64,000 nt of DNA from a virus (lineage: Duplodnaviria > Caudoviricetes), in the IMG/VR virus record IMGVR_UViG_3300046513_000235, positions 994 to 64,993 of that record. One strand, 5' to 3'. Positions 20,301-29,141 of the stretch are shown here, piece by piece. The position numbers were made by a program, and so were the translations under genes. The notes under the pieces were generated by a model. That model was not told the DNA's origin and did not search any database. It saw nothing but the letters and a program-made list of their open reading frames with translations. Numbering within the stretch: the stretch's first letter is position 1; every line of letters begins with the position of its first letter.

Positions 20301-20952
20301 CTGCTGTAAGACCCAGTTCCTTGCGGATGATAGAATAGATAGGAATACCCGCTTCGGCTAATTGCCGTAACTCCTGCCCGGCAATCTTACCGTTGGTTTT
20401 CATCTGCGTCAAGGCTAGGACGATACGGTCCATCTGCTGAGCCGTAGCCCCCGTAGCCGCATTCGCATCATTGAGAATCGTCATGACACTTCTGATTTGC
20501 TCTGGCTTTACCTGAGCACCCATAAGGCGTCTAGACAACTGCAAGGCCTGCTCCGTGCTAAATGCCGTATCTGCTGCAAAGTCTTGCATATTTGTAATGA
20601 AGCCTGCTGCACGTTCGGCATTACCTACAAAGTATTCCATTGCGATACCAGCTTTTTCCATTTCACTACTGAAACGTACTACATTGGTAACCCCATCTTC
20701 AATAGCATTAACACCCGCATAGAAAATCTGCGATATCAAGATACCACTGACCATTCTATCCAAGTCTTTGAAACTACTCGTGAGATTATTCACACTGTTT
20801 CGCGTGCTGTTAATACTATTCTGCGCATTGGGACCTAACGCACCACTTAAGTTAGTTCCCAGTCGACCTACGGCAGCTTGCACCTGTCCTACAGCGGCCA
20901 TAAAAGGTTGTAAATTGAGGGCTATCGTGGCTGCTAATGTACCTACATCCAC
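17329..20952 (-). CDS. Tape measure protein
   Basis: 1207 aa; LTQMKTNGKIAGQELRQLAEAGIP motif, periodic Trp repeats, GEKNRREAVIP. Confidence 0.93.
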   Translation of the reverse strand: MDVGTLAATIALNLQPFMAAVGQVQAAVGRLGTNLSGALGPNAQNSINSTRNSVNNLTSSFKDLDRMVSGILISQIFYAGVNAIEDGVTNVVRFSSEMEKAGIAMEYFVGNAERAAGFITNMQDFAADTAFSTEQALQLSRRLMGAQVKPEQIRSVMTILNDANAATGATAQQMDRIVLALTQMKTNGKIAGQELRQLAEAGIPIYSIIRKELGLTADQMRNIGKLGISGDTGVQAVLKGLQDQYQGAADRIADTLGGMWDTIKDDTLFISEKLFEPPMNSLRKFLKGWRDTVDKFRENMTSGGLGGAFEALIPEKALQQTIRNIIAAFRDLAKAGQIVWSALGPGFRQLGRMIVDGLGQILPMVAGVILAFAKLAAGALEAWPWLKVLTAAIAGLVIAQVAAKALMFLWSITRLGAVCTAVAAAVTTLRNAITGLTLVLTRNPIVAAIMIVVAALIYLITTSKAASAWIDKIMAKMSSLGSLFGGDTSGILPVEDLKDAADEADQFNEMIDGLNDSLKDTGKNITKDGDAATKAGKKVKDKFVASFDELYQIPDTLDDVASGLDDLDPGVDMDLGLDHIDTPVITKPEPVEPADFSHFWDDWKMPPIFANMKKWFTDFEWPKLPPPNFAVVTEPLATINSLLANLKLSFEGLGSAVLEGLGDFATNLGNLMNPAIPIIESIGAAVAAFLESLKSFPTLGIEPIKEWASNFGSLFNDALGGVQGAIDGWAINAVGSLAAFAKNALDSLTAGFSVPGVVSISTFAAAALGVFNKWFADVNSAFATWSQNVQTTVTTWASKIQTSLTTWSVNAITSLTDWRMKAEAQFTTWATNVGTTLDTWSTNIQNTFGAWATAVLGGLGLWSTDSQTKFSTWSTKVQTLFSTWKENVATNFSLWSDAVQETMSGWADKTDSTLSKWITATSSDVYDWATNVGGNFATWGNSVINMFNTVSNMAGSTWTAFLRGTSGDTATWANGVSLSFAQLGNAIQDITNGWADASWQTTQSYLSGIAEATVSWASSMLTTLSQWATSAWTAIKNVAKATGEMIVGGMDEVNTTVTNGYNGAKTWAGDHKEVLIGAAVTAAVIGGVILATGTGGLGAPVLLGALALERGGVVDQEQFIKVGEKNRREAVIPMENEGFMRPFSNAVANDLADMLGPQQVTSGGNPSGGSTVNINVGVLVADDRGLKELHRQLERVGISENARKGIS

Positions 20953-20968
20953 TACATTACCTCCCCTC

Positions 20969-21190
20969 TTACATTATTTGATCAATATATAGCGTCTGAG
21001 CGCTGTTCTTCTCATTCTCGGTCGAATTAAGGCGGATGTGAATAACCGATAAAGCGTTAAGCTTTCTTGGTGTCATACGCCAAAATTGTTTCTCTGTTCT
21101 ATTGAAGAGCACCGTAGCAACGTAGAACAAGAAAGGCCAGTCCCACGAGTCATGTCTAGGCATTGAAGACCTGACTTCGTGGTCTAGGCG
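20969..21190 (-). CDS. Tail assembly chaperone, frameshifted C-terminal part (T-like)
   Basis: FWRMTPRKL motif; open in the -1 frame from the slippery site. Confidence 0.75.
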   Translation of the reverse strand, partial: RLDHEVRSSMPRHDSWDWPFLFYVATVLFNRTEKQFWRMTPRKLNALSVIHIRLNSTENEKNSAQTLYIDQIM

Positions 21191-21633
21191 TTTTTTTCCT
21201 GTACCTCTTCTTCGGTCAATACTACCGTAGCAGTACCTTCAGGCAAGGCCCCCACCACCGTAGGTGTAGCAGCTTTCTGAGAGGTGAGCGTATTGTCAGG
21301 CGAATTCTCATTCAGTGCCTCGACCAACTTGTTAATAAGCGTTGTCATCGCGGCAGGATTCTTAACCCAACCACCCACCTGGTACGGGGTAATGTTGTAT
21401 GAAATGGGTTCGCCCTCTTCATTTAGAATAGCTTCATCATGAATCAAACTAGTCCACAAAATTTTACGCACATCGGTGATCTTGCCGGCCACCAGCTTTT
21501 CCAATGCTTCTTGGATGGACCCATAATCTTCCTCCAGTTTAGCGAAAGCATTCATGTCAAACTGCAACGTTCTAAGACGTCCGCCGATTTCCATAGAAAC
21601 CACTTTTTCCCTAATAGTGTCCAATTTAGCCAT
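21184..21633 (-). CDS. Tail assembly chaperone (G-like)
   Basis: LQFDMNAFAKLEEDYG; between major tail and tape measure genes. Confidence 0.8.
   Translation of the reverse strand: MAKLDTIREKVVSMEIGGRLRTLQFDMNAFAKLEEDYGSIQEALEKLVAGKITDVRKILWTSLIHDEAILNEEGEPISYNITPYQVGGWVKNPAAMTTLINKLVEALNENSPDNTLTSQKAATPTVVGALPEGTATVVLTEEEVQEKNA
21190..21197 (-). other. -1 programmed frameshift slippery site A AAA AAC
   Basis: GAA AAA AAC GCC TAG; -1 frame continues KRLDHEVRSSMPRHDSW. Confidence 0.8.
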
Positions 21634-21706
21634 TTGTATCTCCTCCTGGATTTTTATAAATGCACTATGACATAGGAAGCCCATAGTGCATTAAGTGGTC
21701 TTTCTA

Positions 21707-22606
21707 TTACGCAGTAGTAAACGTAATCGATCTAGCAACAAAGGAATTACCGCCAGCATCTTTCAAGCCAGCAGACATAACTACTCTGTATTTGGTAGCT
21801 GCTGCAAGAGCCGCTGTAGGAGTGAGGGTTACGATAGTGCGTGCGGCGTTAACCGACAGGCCAGCCGCAACACCATTACCAGATGTATCATTGTATAAAC
21901 TGATGTTACCCGTATTCAGTGTAGATAGGGCCATTGGTTCACTGAAAGTCAGTACAACCGTAGCTCCTACTGCGACAGCAGTTGCACCAGTTACAGGAAC
22001 TGAGGTGGTCAATGTAGGAACAGTGACATCAAGCGAGTCTCCGTAAGGGTTATTAAACCAATTAGCCCCTTGCGAAGGAACATAGTCGACAAAATCTTGG
22101 TCGATGTGACGTTCCCACTCATCATCACATTCCCGCTTCAGGAACGAACCACTAATGGTAGGGGTATTCCAGTTAATGCTATCCGCTTTAGTCTGGTTGG
22201 CTTGTTCAGGCAAAGAAAACTTACCCTTATTCAACCAGGTATAGCGGTAACTACCATTAGATTTCAGGGACATAAAGCCCACTGCAATAAATGGCGGAAT
22301 ATCGGAAGACTTACGTTGCAGGACACCGCCTACAATCGTATGTCCCAATAAATCTGCTTGGATCTCCATAGGAAGATCGGCTACATTTAATTCCAACCCA
22401 ATCTGACCAATTGTGGATGCTGTTTCATAAGGCCCGTCATCCGCAAACAATGTTTCGGTCGAGGAGTTAGGATTGATACTTGCTGTGATAGCACCCGGAA
22501 TACGGACAGGTGTTTCGTAAGTAGCAACACCAGTGCCAAAATCCGGATCGTTAATCAGCTTGGCGTACACAACATTCTTCAAGCCAATAGGAACACCTTT
22601 TGCCAT
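21707..22606 (-). CDS. Major tail protein (phi13-like) with C-terminal Ig-like domain
   Basis: IGLKNVVYA, LFADDG, KGKF; C-terminal LTFSEPM..LTP..L..ATKY..KDAGGN. Confidence 0.88.
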   Translation of the reverse strand: MAKGVPIGLKNVVYAKLINDPDFGTGVATYETPVRIPGAITASINPNSSTETLFADDGPYETASTIGQIGLELNVADLPMEIQADLLGHTIVGGVLQRKSSDIPPFIAVGFMSLKSNGSYRYTWLNKGKFSLPEQANQTKADSINWNTPTISGSFLKRECDDEWERHIDQDFVDYVPSQGANWFNNPYGDSLDVTVPTLTTSVPVTGATAVAVGATVVLTFSEPMALSTLNTGNISLYNDTSGNGVAAGLSVNAARTIVTLTPTAALAAATKYRVVMSAGLKDAGGNSFVARSITFTTA

Positions 22607-22618
22607 TGTATTAACCTC

Positions 22619-23008
22619 CTAATCATGATAGGTAATAATGCCTACATTAAAACCGTAATAAACACGGCCCTTAGCGTCTACTCTCATACGAAACGGCGGT
22701 TGTCGTAAGGTAACTACACCCCACCTCAAAGTGGTCAATTGAACGATAGCATCCTCAGTTCTAAGACTTTGGAAAAGCTCATTCACCTTCGCTTTAGCAC
22801 CTTCCACGTTATCCGCCGTATTACGTACGAGAATTTGTATGGAGCGCGACGCACCATCAATCTGGGTGGGAGAACTTGAACCCCCATATTCAGAAACAAC
22901 GATAATGGCATTGGGGTCTTCTTTTGCGCCGTCCAAGCAACATACGTAAGGATCTAATAGATCCTGTTCGATGAAATAACTTTCGAAATCCTTTAATAGG
23001 TCAGCCAT
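22619..23008 (-). CDS. Tail terminator / minor capsid-like protein
   Basis: IQILVR, D..GR..FN pattern and gene order. Confidence 0.7.
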   Translation of the reverse strand: MADLLKDFESYFIEQDLLDPYVCCLDGAKEDPNAIIVVSEYGGSSSPTQIDGASRSIQILVRNTADNVEGAKAKVNELFQSLRTEDAIVQLTTLRWGVVTLRQPPFRMRVDAKGRVYYGFNVGIITYHD

Positions 23009-23019
23009 GACAATTCCTC

Positions 23020-23442
23020 CTACATCAGTTCGCTGGCAATATCCCGAGCAGCCTTGGTAAGAAACTTTTCTTGATATTGCTTGACAGCTTCCTCCAAAAA
23101 CTTAGCTTGCCCATGCGGGTGAGCTGCATCCAGGTTTTCATGCACTGCAATCATGTATTCAGATGCCATTTGACCAGTTTTCGGATTTACTAGGTCATTT
23201 GGACCACCGTAACCTAAACGTGCAGTAAAGTTACGATATGCTCCTTCAACCTCGTAAAAGAAAGTACCCGCCAAAGTACCCGTTTCAGTAGGAACCATTG
23301 GTATGGATATCTCTTTGATTTCCTCGCAGGCTTGAATGGTGGCTTTTTTCGTGCCTCGTTGTACTCGGGCAATGGCCACTTCCAACTTACGTTCGAAATC
23401 CTTATAATCAACCGTCATAGACATACGTCCAGCTATGGCCAT
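23020..23442 (-). CDS. HK97 gp10-like tail completion protein
   Basis: VPTETGTL, VHE..H..GQAKFLE. Confidence 0.75.
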   Translation of the reverse strand: MAIAGRMSMTVDYKDFERKLEVAIARVQRGTKKATIQACEEIKEISIPMVPTETGTLAGTFFYEVEGAYRNFTARLGYGGPNDLVNPKTGQMASEYMIAVHENLDAAHPHGQAKFLEEAVKQYQEKFLTKAARDIASELM

Positions 23443-23762
23443 TAGAGATACACCACCGTAGTTCCGACATAACCGGGTATACCATTACCCTTGAAAAACG
23501 ACCTGGCTAAGATCGGATAAGTCACACCATCAAAGACAAACTTGTCCTTGGGAGTGACGACCACCTTACCGGAAATATATAAGCGGAGAGCAGTAACTAC
23601 CTGCTCTCCCTCCATGTTCCGGATAACATTGATCTTGCCTTCACTGATACACAGATAATCTACTGGCGGGGCATCATAGATACCTTGATTATAGCTATCC
23701 GTGCCGGTGCAGACCAAATGTTTTACAGGCTCCGATGCAGTAGAAGCTACAAAAGGATCCAT
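23442..23762 (-). CDS. Head closure protein
   Basis: Gene order; beta-rich 106 aa. Confidence 0.6.
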   Translation of the reverse strand: MDPFVASTASEPVKHLVCTGTDSYNQGIYDAPPVDYLCISEGKINVIRNMEGEQVVTALRLYISGKVVVTPKDKFVFDGVTYPILARSFFKGNGIPGYVGTTVVYL

Positions 23763-23764
23763 AA

Positions 23765-24142
23765 TTACCCCTCCCTGTTATCATGCATACCGATATCAAA
23801 GATACACCGCTTACCTGGGATGTTCATACTGGAGGCATCCCAAGACGGTGTCCCATTGGTTGTGTCGTTAAGTAAGTCTGCTAAAATCCCTTTGTACTGC
23901 TCCAAGCGCTGACTAGCTTTAACTGATTCCGGGCCTATGGTATAATCCGCCTGCTTGGCCAGCTTTCTCAGAATAGCCCGACAAGCCCGAATAGCGGCAT
24001 CTCTCAGCGTTGGTGCTTTACCGATGTGGTAATTCATCTCCTCATCAGATACGAAGGCATAAAGCTCTTCTGTGTCACCACTCAAGAAGCGCACTTCATC
24101 AAGTGGAGACGTAGAAGGATCACCGCTATAAGACCAACTCAT
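23765..24142 (-). CDS. Head-tail adaptor
   Basis: WSYSGDP..VRFLSGDT..SDEE. Confidence 0.7.
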   Translation of the reverse strand: MSWSYSGDPSTSPLDEVRFLSGDTEELYAFVSDEEMNYHIGKAPTLRDAAIRACRAILRKLAKQADYTIGPESVKASQRLEQYKGILADLLNDTTNGTPSWDASSMNIPGKRCIFDIGMHDNREG

Positions 24143-24151
24143 AAGAATCAC

Positions 24152-24667
24152 CTACGCTTTCTTAATGGGCGGCTTAATGACGGGCTTTACTGTATTAGTG
24201 GCAGCGGCCGTTTTGGCTGCGGGAGTAGCATCTGCAGTTGTAGTAGTTCCGGTAACAACCTTAACAGGTGCCGCGGCAGGAGCTGCCTTAGGGGCCTCCG
24301 TACCAGGGGTGGGTGTTGAATCCGCTTTAGCGCGGGGTTCCGCGACATCTGGAGCCTTGGAATCGTCCTCCTTGGACTCTTCAGCGTCTGGCTCAGACCC
24401 TTCATCCAGGTCTTGGCCGTCTTCTGGGGCATCCTCGGTTTGCGTGGCTTCATAGTCTGCGATAGCCTGCGTTAAATCAACACGTCTCCGCTGCTCGAAA
24501 TACACCGACAGTTTCGCCAGGCCTTCTTCATCCTCGGGGATAAGGATGAGCTTACGCTCATTCACTTTAATCCTGCCGAGTTTGACCTCGTCAAGACTAG
24601 TAATGATATCCCCGCGGTTGAAGAATTTGCCCACCGATCTGAACGGTTTATTCACGATGTACGGCAT
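24152..24667 (-). CDS. Hypothetical protein with acidic, Ala/Pro-rich tail
   Basis: Coupled to the capsid gene stop. Confidence 0.65.
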   Translation of the reverse strand: MPYIVNKPFRSVGKFFNRGDIITSLDEVKLGRIKVNERKLILIPEDEEGLAKLSVYFEQRRRVDLTQAIADYEATQTEDAPEDGQDLDEGSEPDAEESKEDDSKAPDVAEPRAKADSTPTPGTEAPKAAPAAAPVKVVTGTTTTADATPAAKTAAATNTVKPVIKPPIKKA

Positions 24668-25644
24668 TATTTTACAAGGTCTTTCAGGAAGATACCGAGG
24701 TCGGATGCAACCACTTTGTGGTCAAACGCCATCTCAGCTTCGATACGTTCTGTATCCATTCCCAACCAAGGCATAGGGATGCGGACTACCCGGCTGCCCA
24801 TCGATTCGCCGCCCATAAGACCGGTCCATGCGAATGTATAACCTGCAGAAGCTTTCTTCAGGCCTGGTTTCTTCTCGACATACATCAGCAAGGCATGTTT
24901 GCCCATGATGAAGGAATAAGCACCATCTTTGCCCTTAGCCGCCGTGTTCTGGATGGCGTAAGGAATATATACGTTATCCACTTCAAACAGCGTAGCCAAG
25001 AGGTCCATTGCAACAATACCTTTTTCCGTATACTTGATACGGTCGAGGATATCTTCATTGCTGATCAGGGCATTGTATACCCAAGGACTCAGGACCAAGG
25101 TATTAGGTTTCTTACCAGTGGCTTCCATCATACGAGTACCAATCAGAGCCATGAAGCGCACTGGGTCGGCTGCAGGATCGTCAAACTGAAGCACCTGGTT
25201 AGCTCCCGGAGTAGCAGCAACACCCTGGATTTCAGTACCCCATACGCCCGTCTTGAAGAACTTCTGAGCCCACAGATTCTCACGCTTCAGCAGCAGCTTG
25301 TGCGTTACAATTTCTGTAGCATCTTCGTTAGGTTTCAACGGCGTATCGGCATTCACGCGGTCTTCTTCAGTAACGTCAATATGGAATGCGTACTTCCGGC
25401 AGAAGTACGGATCCGCGATATCAACGTTGTAGTCGCCGCCATCCGATTCAGTACCCTTTGCACGGAGGCCTGCTTCATCACGGAAGAAGTCATCACGGTC
25501 ATAGGTGAAGTAGGTATCGGATTGTTTCTGAACGCCGATGACAGGGAAGACTTTATCAGCGATAAATACGCTAGCATCCTGAGCGTATTGAACCGACAAG
25601 TTAGTAAGCGGCTTGTCGACATGAATTTGTTGTCTTGTAGGCAA
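24667..25644 (-). CDS. Major capsid protein
   Basis: VDKPLTNLSVQY..IADKVFP, KPNTLVL; gene order; biased codon usage. Confidence 0.88.
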   Translation of the reverse strand: MPTRQQIHVDKPLTNLSVQYAQDASVFIADKVFPVIGVQKQSDTYFTYDRDDFFRDEAGLRAKGTESDGGDYNVDIADPYFCRKYAFHIDVTEEDRVNADTPLKPNEDATEIVTHKLLLKRENLWAQKFFKTGVWGTEIQGVAATPGANQVLQFDDPAADPVRFMALIGTRMMEATGKKPNTLVLSPWVYNALISNEDILDRIKYTEKGIVAMDLLATLFEVDNVYIPYAIQNTAAKGKDGAYSFIMGKHALLMYVEKKPGLKKASAGYTFAWTGLMGGESMGSRVVRIPMPWLGMDTERIEAEMAFDHKVVASDLGIFLKDLVK

Positions 25645-25706
25645 GTTATTCAGCCCCTTTTCATTTTTAATGTGTGCGTTCCGCTTTCAACGCCTGGTGG
25701 GTAATA

Positions 25707-26060
25707 CTACTTCAGGAGGATGGAGCCGATGTCATCAAGTACGCCACCAACGGCGCAGATACCAATGGACTTGCCGGATGCCAACACAACGGCTTTGCCG
25801 TTTGCGCCAACTTCCATTTCTTGTCCGGCGGCTACAGTACCGCCCAGGATGACGTACGACACACCATGCACAGTTACCTGCGCTGGTTCATTAATGTTGT
25901 TGGGCTCCTGGATAACACCGATAGTAGTACCGGCAGCAGTAGCGGCAATAACATCGCCAGCGGCGTTGTAGTTAACCAAGGTATAACGCTTGCCTGCGAA
26001 GCTAATTCCAGGGTTACCTGTAATGTTCTTCCAGTGTTGCTCGAATGCTGGTCTAGCCAT
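25707..26060 (-). CDS. Capsid cement/decoration protein
   Basis: Gly-rich GGTVAAGQ..GANGKA, just upstream of capsid. Confidence 0.7.
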   Translation of the reverse strand: MARPAFEQHWKNITGNPGISFAGKRYTLVNYNAAGDVIAATAAGTTIGVIQEPNNINEPAQVTVHGVSYVILGGTVAAGQEMEVGANGKAVVLASGKSIGICAVGGVLDDIGSILLK

Positions 26061-26116
26061 GAGTTTTACCTCCCTCTCTTAATTACGCAAATTGTGTATT
26101 ACAACGGCAGGATTAC

Positions 26117-26956
26117 TTAGTTGCCGCGGTTCTGAGCGTCGATATACTGGGCATACAACTCAGGGTGGTCCTCCATTGCCTTAGAAACAGCCGTATGAAG
26201 TGGCATGCTCTTGTTATCGCCTTTGATCCCTTTGGCAATAGTCTGGATTTCTTCCCAGATCTGCGCGGAAGACTTGCCATTTGCCAAGAAGCTCTTGTTA
26301 ACACCGGCGCTGGCATTCTGGTTACCTGTGATTCCAGTTTCCTGGAAAGCTGCAGTACCTTCTTTTGCAAGCTCACTGGCCGCCTTGAAGATGCCGAATA
26401 CGTCTGTGCACAATTGCGCATCCACTTTCTTCAGCTTCTTGTATACGGTAGCCAGCAAAGCTTCTTCAGCACCGAGGCCTACAACATCCTTAGCCTTAGC
26501 AACTGCTTCAGTTTCCAACGCAGCATCCTGCGCTTTAGCCACGGCTTCTTCAGCTACTTTGGTCTTTGCGATTTGCATTTCCATCAGTGCACGCACCGAA
26601 GGATCTTTAATCGACTTAATGATGTCCTCTTCGGTCTGTCCAGCAGGTAGCGGCGCTTCCGCTTTCAGCTTTTCAACCTCAGTTCGCGCTACTGCGAGGT
26701 CTTCTTCTGCCTTCTTAGTCTTAGCGATTTCAGCAGTGGTAGCCTCGTCCTTATCCTTCAGGGCTTTTTCAATTACGGAGCGGTGATTGGGCTCCAGTTT
26801 GGCCAAAATTTGATCCAAATCCATTGTAATGCCTCCTTTTTGTTTGATAATTTTTATGTGAGCCTGTGAATTGGCACCTTCCTTAACCAAATCTACACGA
26901 TCGTAGTCCAGGTTAGTCATCCAGGTTTGGTGCCAAGGCATCAACTGGTCACTCAT
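26117..26956 (-). CDS. Scaffolding protein
   Basis: DRVDLVKEGAN N-terminus then Ala/Glu/Lys helical body; possible internal start at 26824 after AAAGGAGG. Confidence 0.7.
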   Translation of the reverse strand: MSDQLMPWHQTWMTNLDYDRVDLVKEGANSQAHIKIIKQKGGITMDLDQILAKLEPNHRSVIEKALKDKDEATTAEIAKTKKAEEDLAVARTEVEKLKAEAPLPAGQTEEDIIKSIKDPSVRALMEMQIAKTKVAEEAVAKAQDAALETEAVAKAKDVVGLGAEEALLATVYKKLKKVDAQLCTDVFGIFKAASELAKEGTAAFQETGITGNQNASAGVNKSFLANGKSSAQIWEEIQTIAKGIKGDNKSMPLHTAVSKAMEDHPELYAQYIDAQNRGN

Positions 26957-26972
26957 TGTTATTCACCTCCTC

Positions 26973-27710
26973 TCACTGCCCAGTGGGAGTTCGGCGAGCT
27001 TTACCTTGAACGGAGAACATTTCATATTCTCCCTTCTTAACCTTGGCAAAGACTTCCTTATCCGGGATGTAAAAACCAACCCACCAAGCTTCAGGAACAA
27101 GTCCTTCAGGGATGCCTAGCGCTGCCTGCTTCTCTTTCGTGAACATCATACTCTCGACGAGCGTACCAACAGCTTCTCCTTCATGCTTTACGCCCGTTTC
27201 ACGGTATTTAAGCACAAAATTGTAAGCTGCTTTCTCCAGCTCCTCGGGGGCAGTGACGTCTCCGTCCCAATCCAATGGGTAAGACCCGTCAGCGTCCTTG
27301 GCTACATTAGCCCAACCGAAAACCAATTGCTTGTCTTCTGCTGTTTTTGCCACTTGGAACATGTCGCCGGAACCAGCTCTGGCCTTCTCCACGGAAGAAT
27401 ACGTGATGGTAGGCAGCTTGGCTGAAAGCACTTCCGCGACTTCCCAGTCTAAATAACGGTAATTGTAGATCGAATTTGGATCTACATCCTTCTTTAGGCG
27501 TAAGGTGATCTCTGTGGCATACTCCATTAAGTACTGATTCCAAGCCTCTAGAATTACTCCATTGATAGCTAGGATAGAAGCTTCAGGTTTCAGGATTTGA
27601 AGTCCTGCACTACATCTCGCAGCAAACGCCTGATAGGATTCCCCCGGCATCGGATGTAACTCCGAATGTGTTTGATAATAATAAAGCTCCGCATAAGGCA
27701 ATTTTATCAC
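26973..27710 (-). CDS. XkdF-like putative prohead protease
   Basis: QLVFGWA, DWDGD..LEKAAYNF, H, WWVG, FSVQG. Confidence 0.8.
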   Translation of the reverse strand: MIKLPYAELYYYQTHSELHPMPGESYQAFAARCSAGLQILKPEASILAINGVILEAWNQYLMEYATEITLRLKKDVDPNSIYNYRYLDWEVAEVLSAKLPTITYSSVEKARAGSGDMFQVAKTAEDKQLVFGWANVAKDADGSYPLDWDGDVTAPEELEKAAYNFVLKYRETGVKHEGEAVGTLVESMMFTKEKQAALGIPEGLVPEAWWVGFYIPDKEVFAKVKKGEYEMFSVQGKARRTPTGQ

Positions 27711-27715
27711 CTCCT

Positions 27716-29128
27716 TTACTTATCGACATAGTTTTGACTGTTGTCGTCCATTGAATGACCCACTGGGTCCACTTCACTGGACAAGGTATCCGGTGTTTTC
27801 GGTTCCTCTTCTACAATCGCATACCAGTCGTCAAGTTCCTCTTGCGTAAGGGCATCGAGACTAATAAGACTGCGGATCAAGTTCATCAAAGGAAGATCCT
27901 GTGTGGGCTTCAATCCAGCAGACTTAAGTAGGAAGGCTAATTCCTTAACGTCAGGAGTTTCAACTTCACCAGGGACAATCGTAGGCAGGCCCGTGATTCC
28001 TGGGAAATAGTTAAACTTGAAAAGCTTAGGCACGGCATATGTGTTAAATATGTCCGCAATGTTCTGGATGTGTGCTTCTAATGAAGCCGCCAGTAAGCTT
28101 TTCTTAACTTCTCCCAAGGCAAAGGAACCAACCTTGTCTCCACCCATCATAACGATATCCGCAAGCATTGTAATAGCAATACGGTTATCATAACGATTGA
28201 TGATGGCATTTGTATCAAATTGTCTTGTACCTCCGGTACTGACTAGGCTAAATACCCAGCCATGTGGAAGTAAGATTCCTTCAGCCTTGTCTCGGCGTAC
28301 ATTACGCACAAGAGTTTCTGCACGACTCTTCATCATTACTGCTGAAGGATCGGTGGCATCCCAAATATTAACATCCGAAGGAGGCTGGATCGTAGGAAGA
28401 CCAGCTAAGTCCCGCTCAATACCAATACCTTCAATTTCCTCAATCCGTTTTTTAAAATACCAAGGACGATAGGCATTACGTAGAAGCGAACGACCTTCTG
28501 GATTATCCCGTGTAACCTTTGTACGAAAGAGCAATCCCTTTTCCAATGGAATAGTAACTTTACCCCACGTGGGTGGTGCACTCTGTTCAAAAGCTTTCAC
28601 ATAACCCTGCTCGTCAAACTCCCAACCTGACAAGCTGCTTTGTGCACGCACAGGAAAGCCTGCCCAACCAATACGCCCGTCATTATACTTGCTACGGAAC
28701 CGGGGTGAGCTAGCATCAGGTCCTTTACGTACTTTGTACACCGTTTCATGAAAGCTGAAACCGTAAGAAAACATCGAAAGGACCTCCGATATGGTGTTGT
28801 CCCAAGACATACGCATATCGTCCATGCACTCTTGTAGGAATGCCCCTGCGGCCTTATCAGCCTCTGAGTCACTGGCTGACTTAGTTGTCCAGCCTGCTTT
28901 CTTAATCAGCTGCTCCATCATATACAGAACTGCCCCGATCGTAGGATCGTTGTCGGACATTTCCTTGAAGATGGCAGCTGCTCGAGGGTAAAGTAGCTGT
29001 GGTAAGAATTCTTCATACACACCGCCACCAAGTCGATTAAGGCCACTTACACCCCACTCAGAAAACTCAGCTCCATACTTTGCTACGGCCGTGTCTGCTT
29101 CTGACATTTCAGGTGCTTCTTTATCCAA
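27716..29128 (-). CDS. Portal protein
   Basis: 470 aa after terL; NPEGRSLLRNAYRPWYFK, GSFALG. Confidence 0.88.
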   Translation of the reverse strand: MDKEAPEMSEADTAVAKYGAEFSEWGVSGLNRLGGGVYEEFLPQLLYPRAAAIFKEMSDNDPTIGAVLYMMEQLIKKAGWTTKSASDSEADKAAGAFLQECMDDMRMSWDNTISEVLSMFSYGFSFHETVYKVRKGPDASSPRFRSKYNDGRIGWAGFPVRAQSSLSGWEFDEQGYVKAFEQSAPPTWGKVTIPLEKGLLFRTKVTRDNPEGRSLLRNAYRPWYFKKRIEEIEGIGIERDLAGLPTIQPPSDVNIWDATDPSAVMMKSRAETLVRNVRRDKAEGILLPHGWVFSLVSTGGTRQFDTNAIINRYDNRIAITMLADIVMMGGDKVGSFALGEVKKSLLAASLEAHIQNIADIFNTYAVPKLFKFNYFPGITGLPTIVPGEVETPDVKELAFLLKSAGLKPTQDLPLMNLIRSLISLDALTQEELDDWYAIVEEEPKTPDTLSSEVDPVGHSMDDNSQNYVDK

Positions 29129-29141
29129 TTATCTCACCTCC

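Noticed and set aside
24718-25704. 328-aa + strand ORF antisense to the capsid gene
   Set aside because: No clear RBS or motifs; expected shadow of a codon-biased gene
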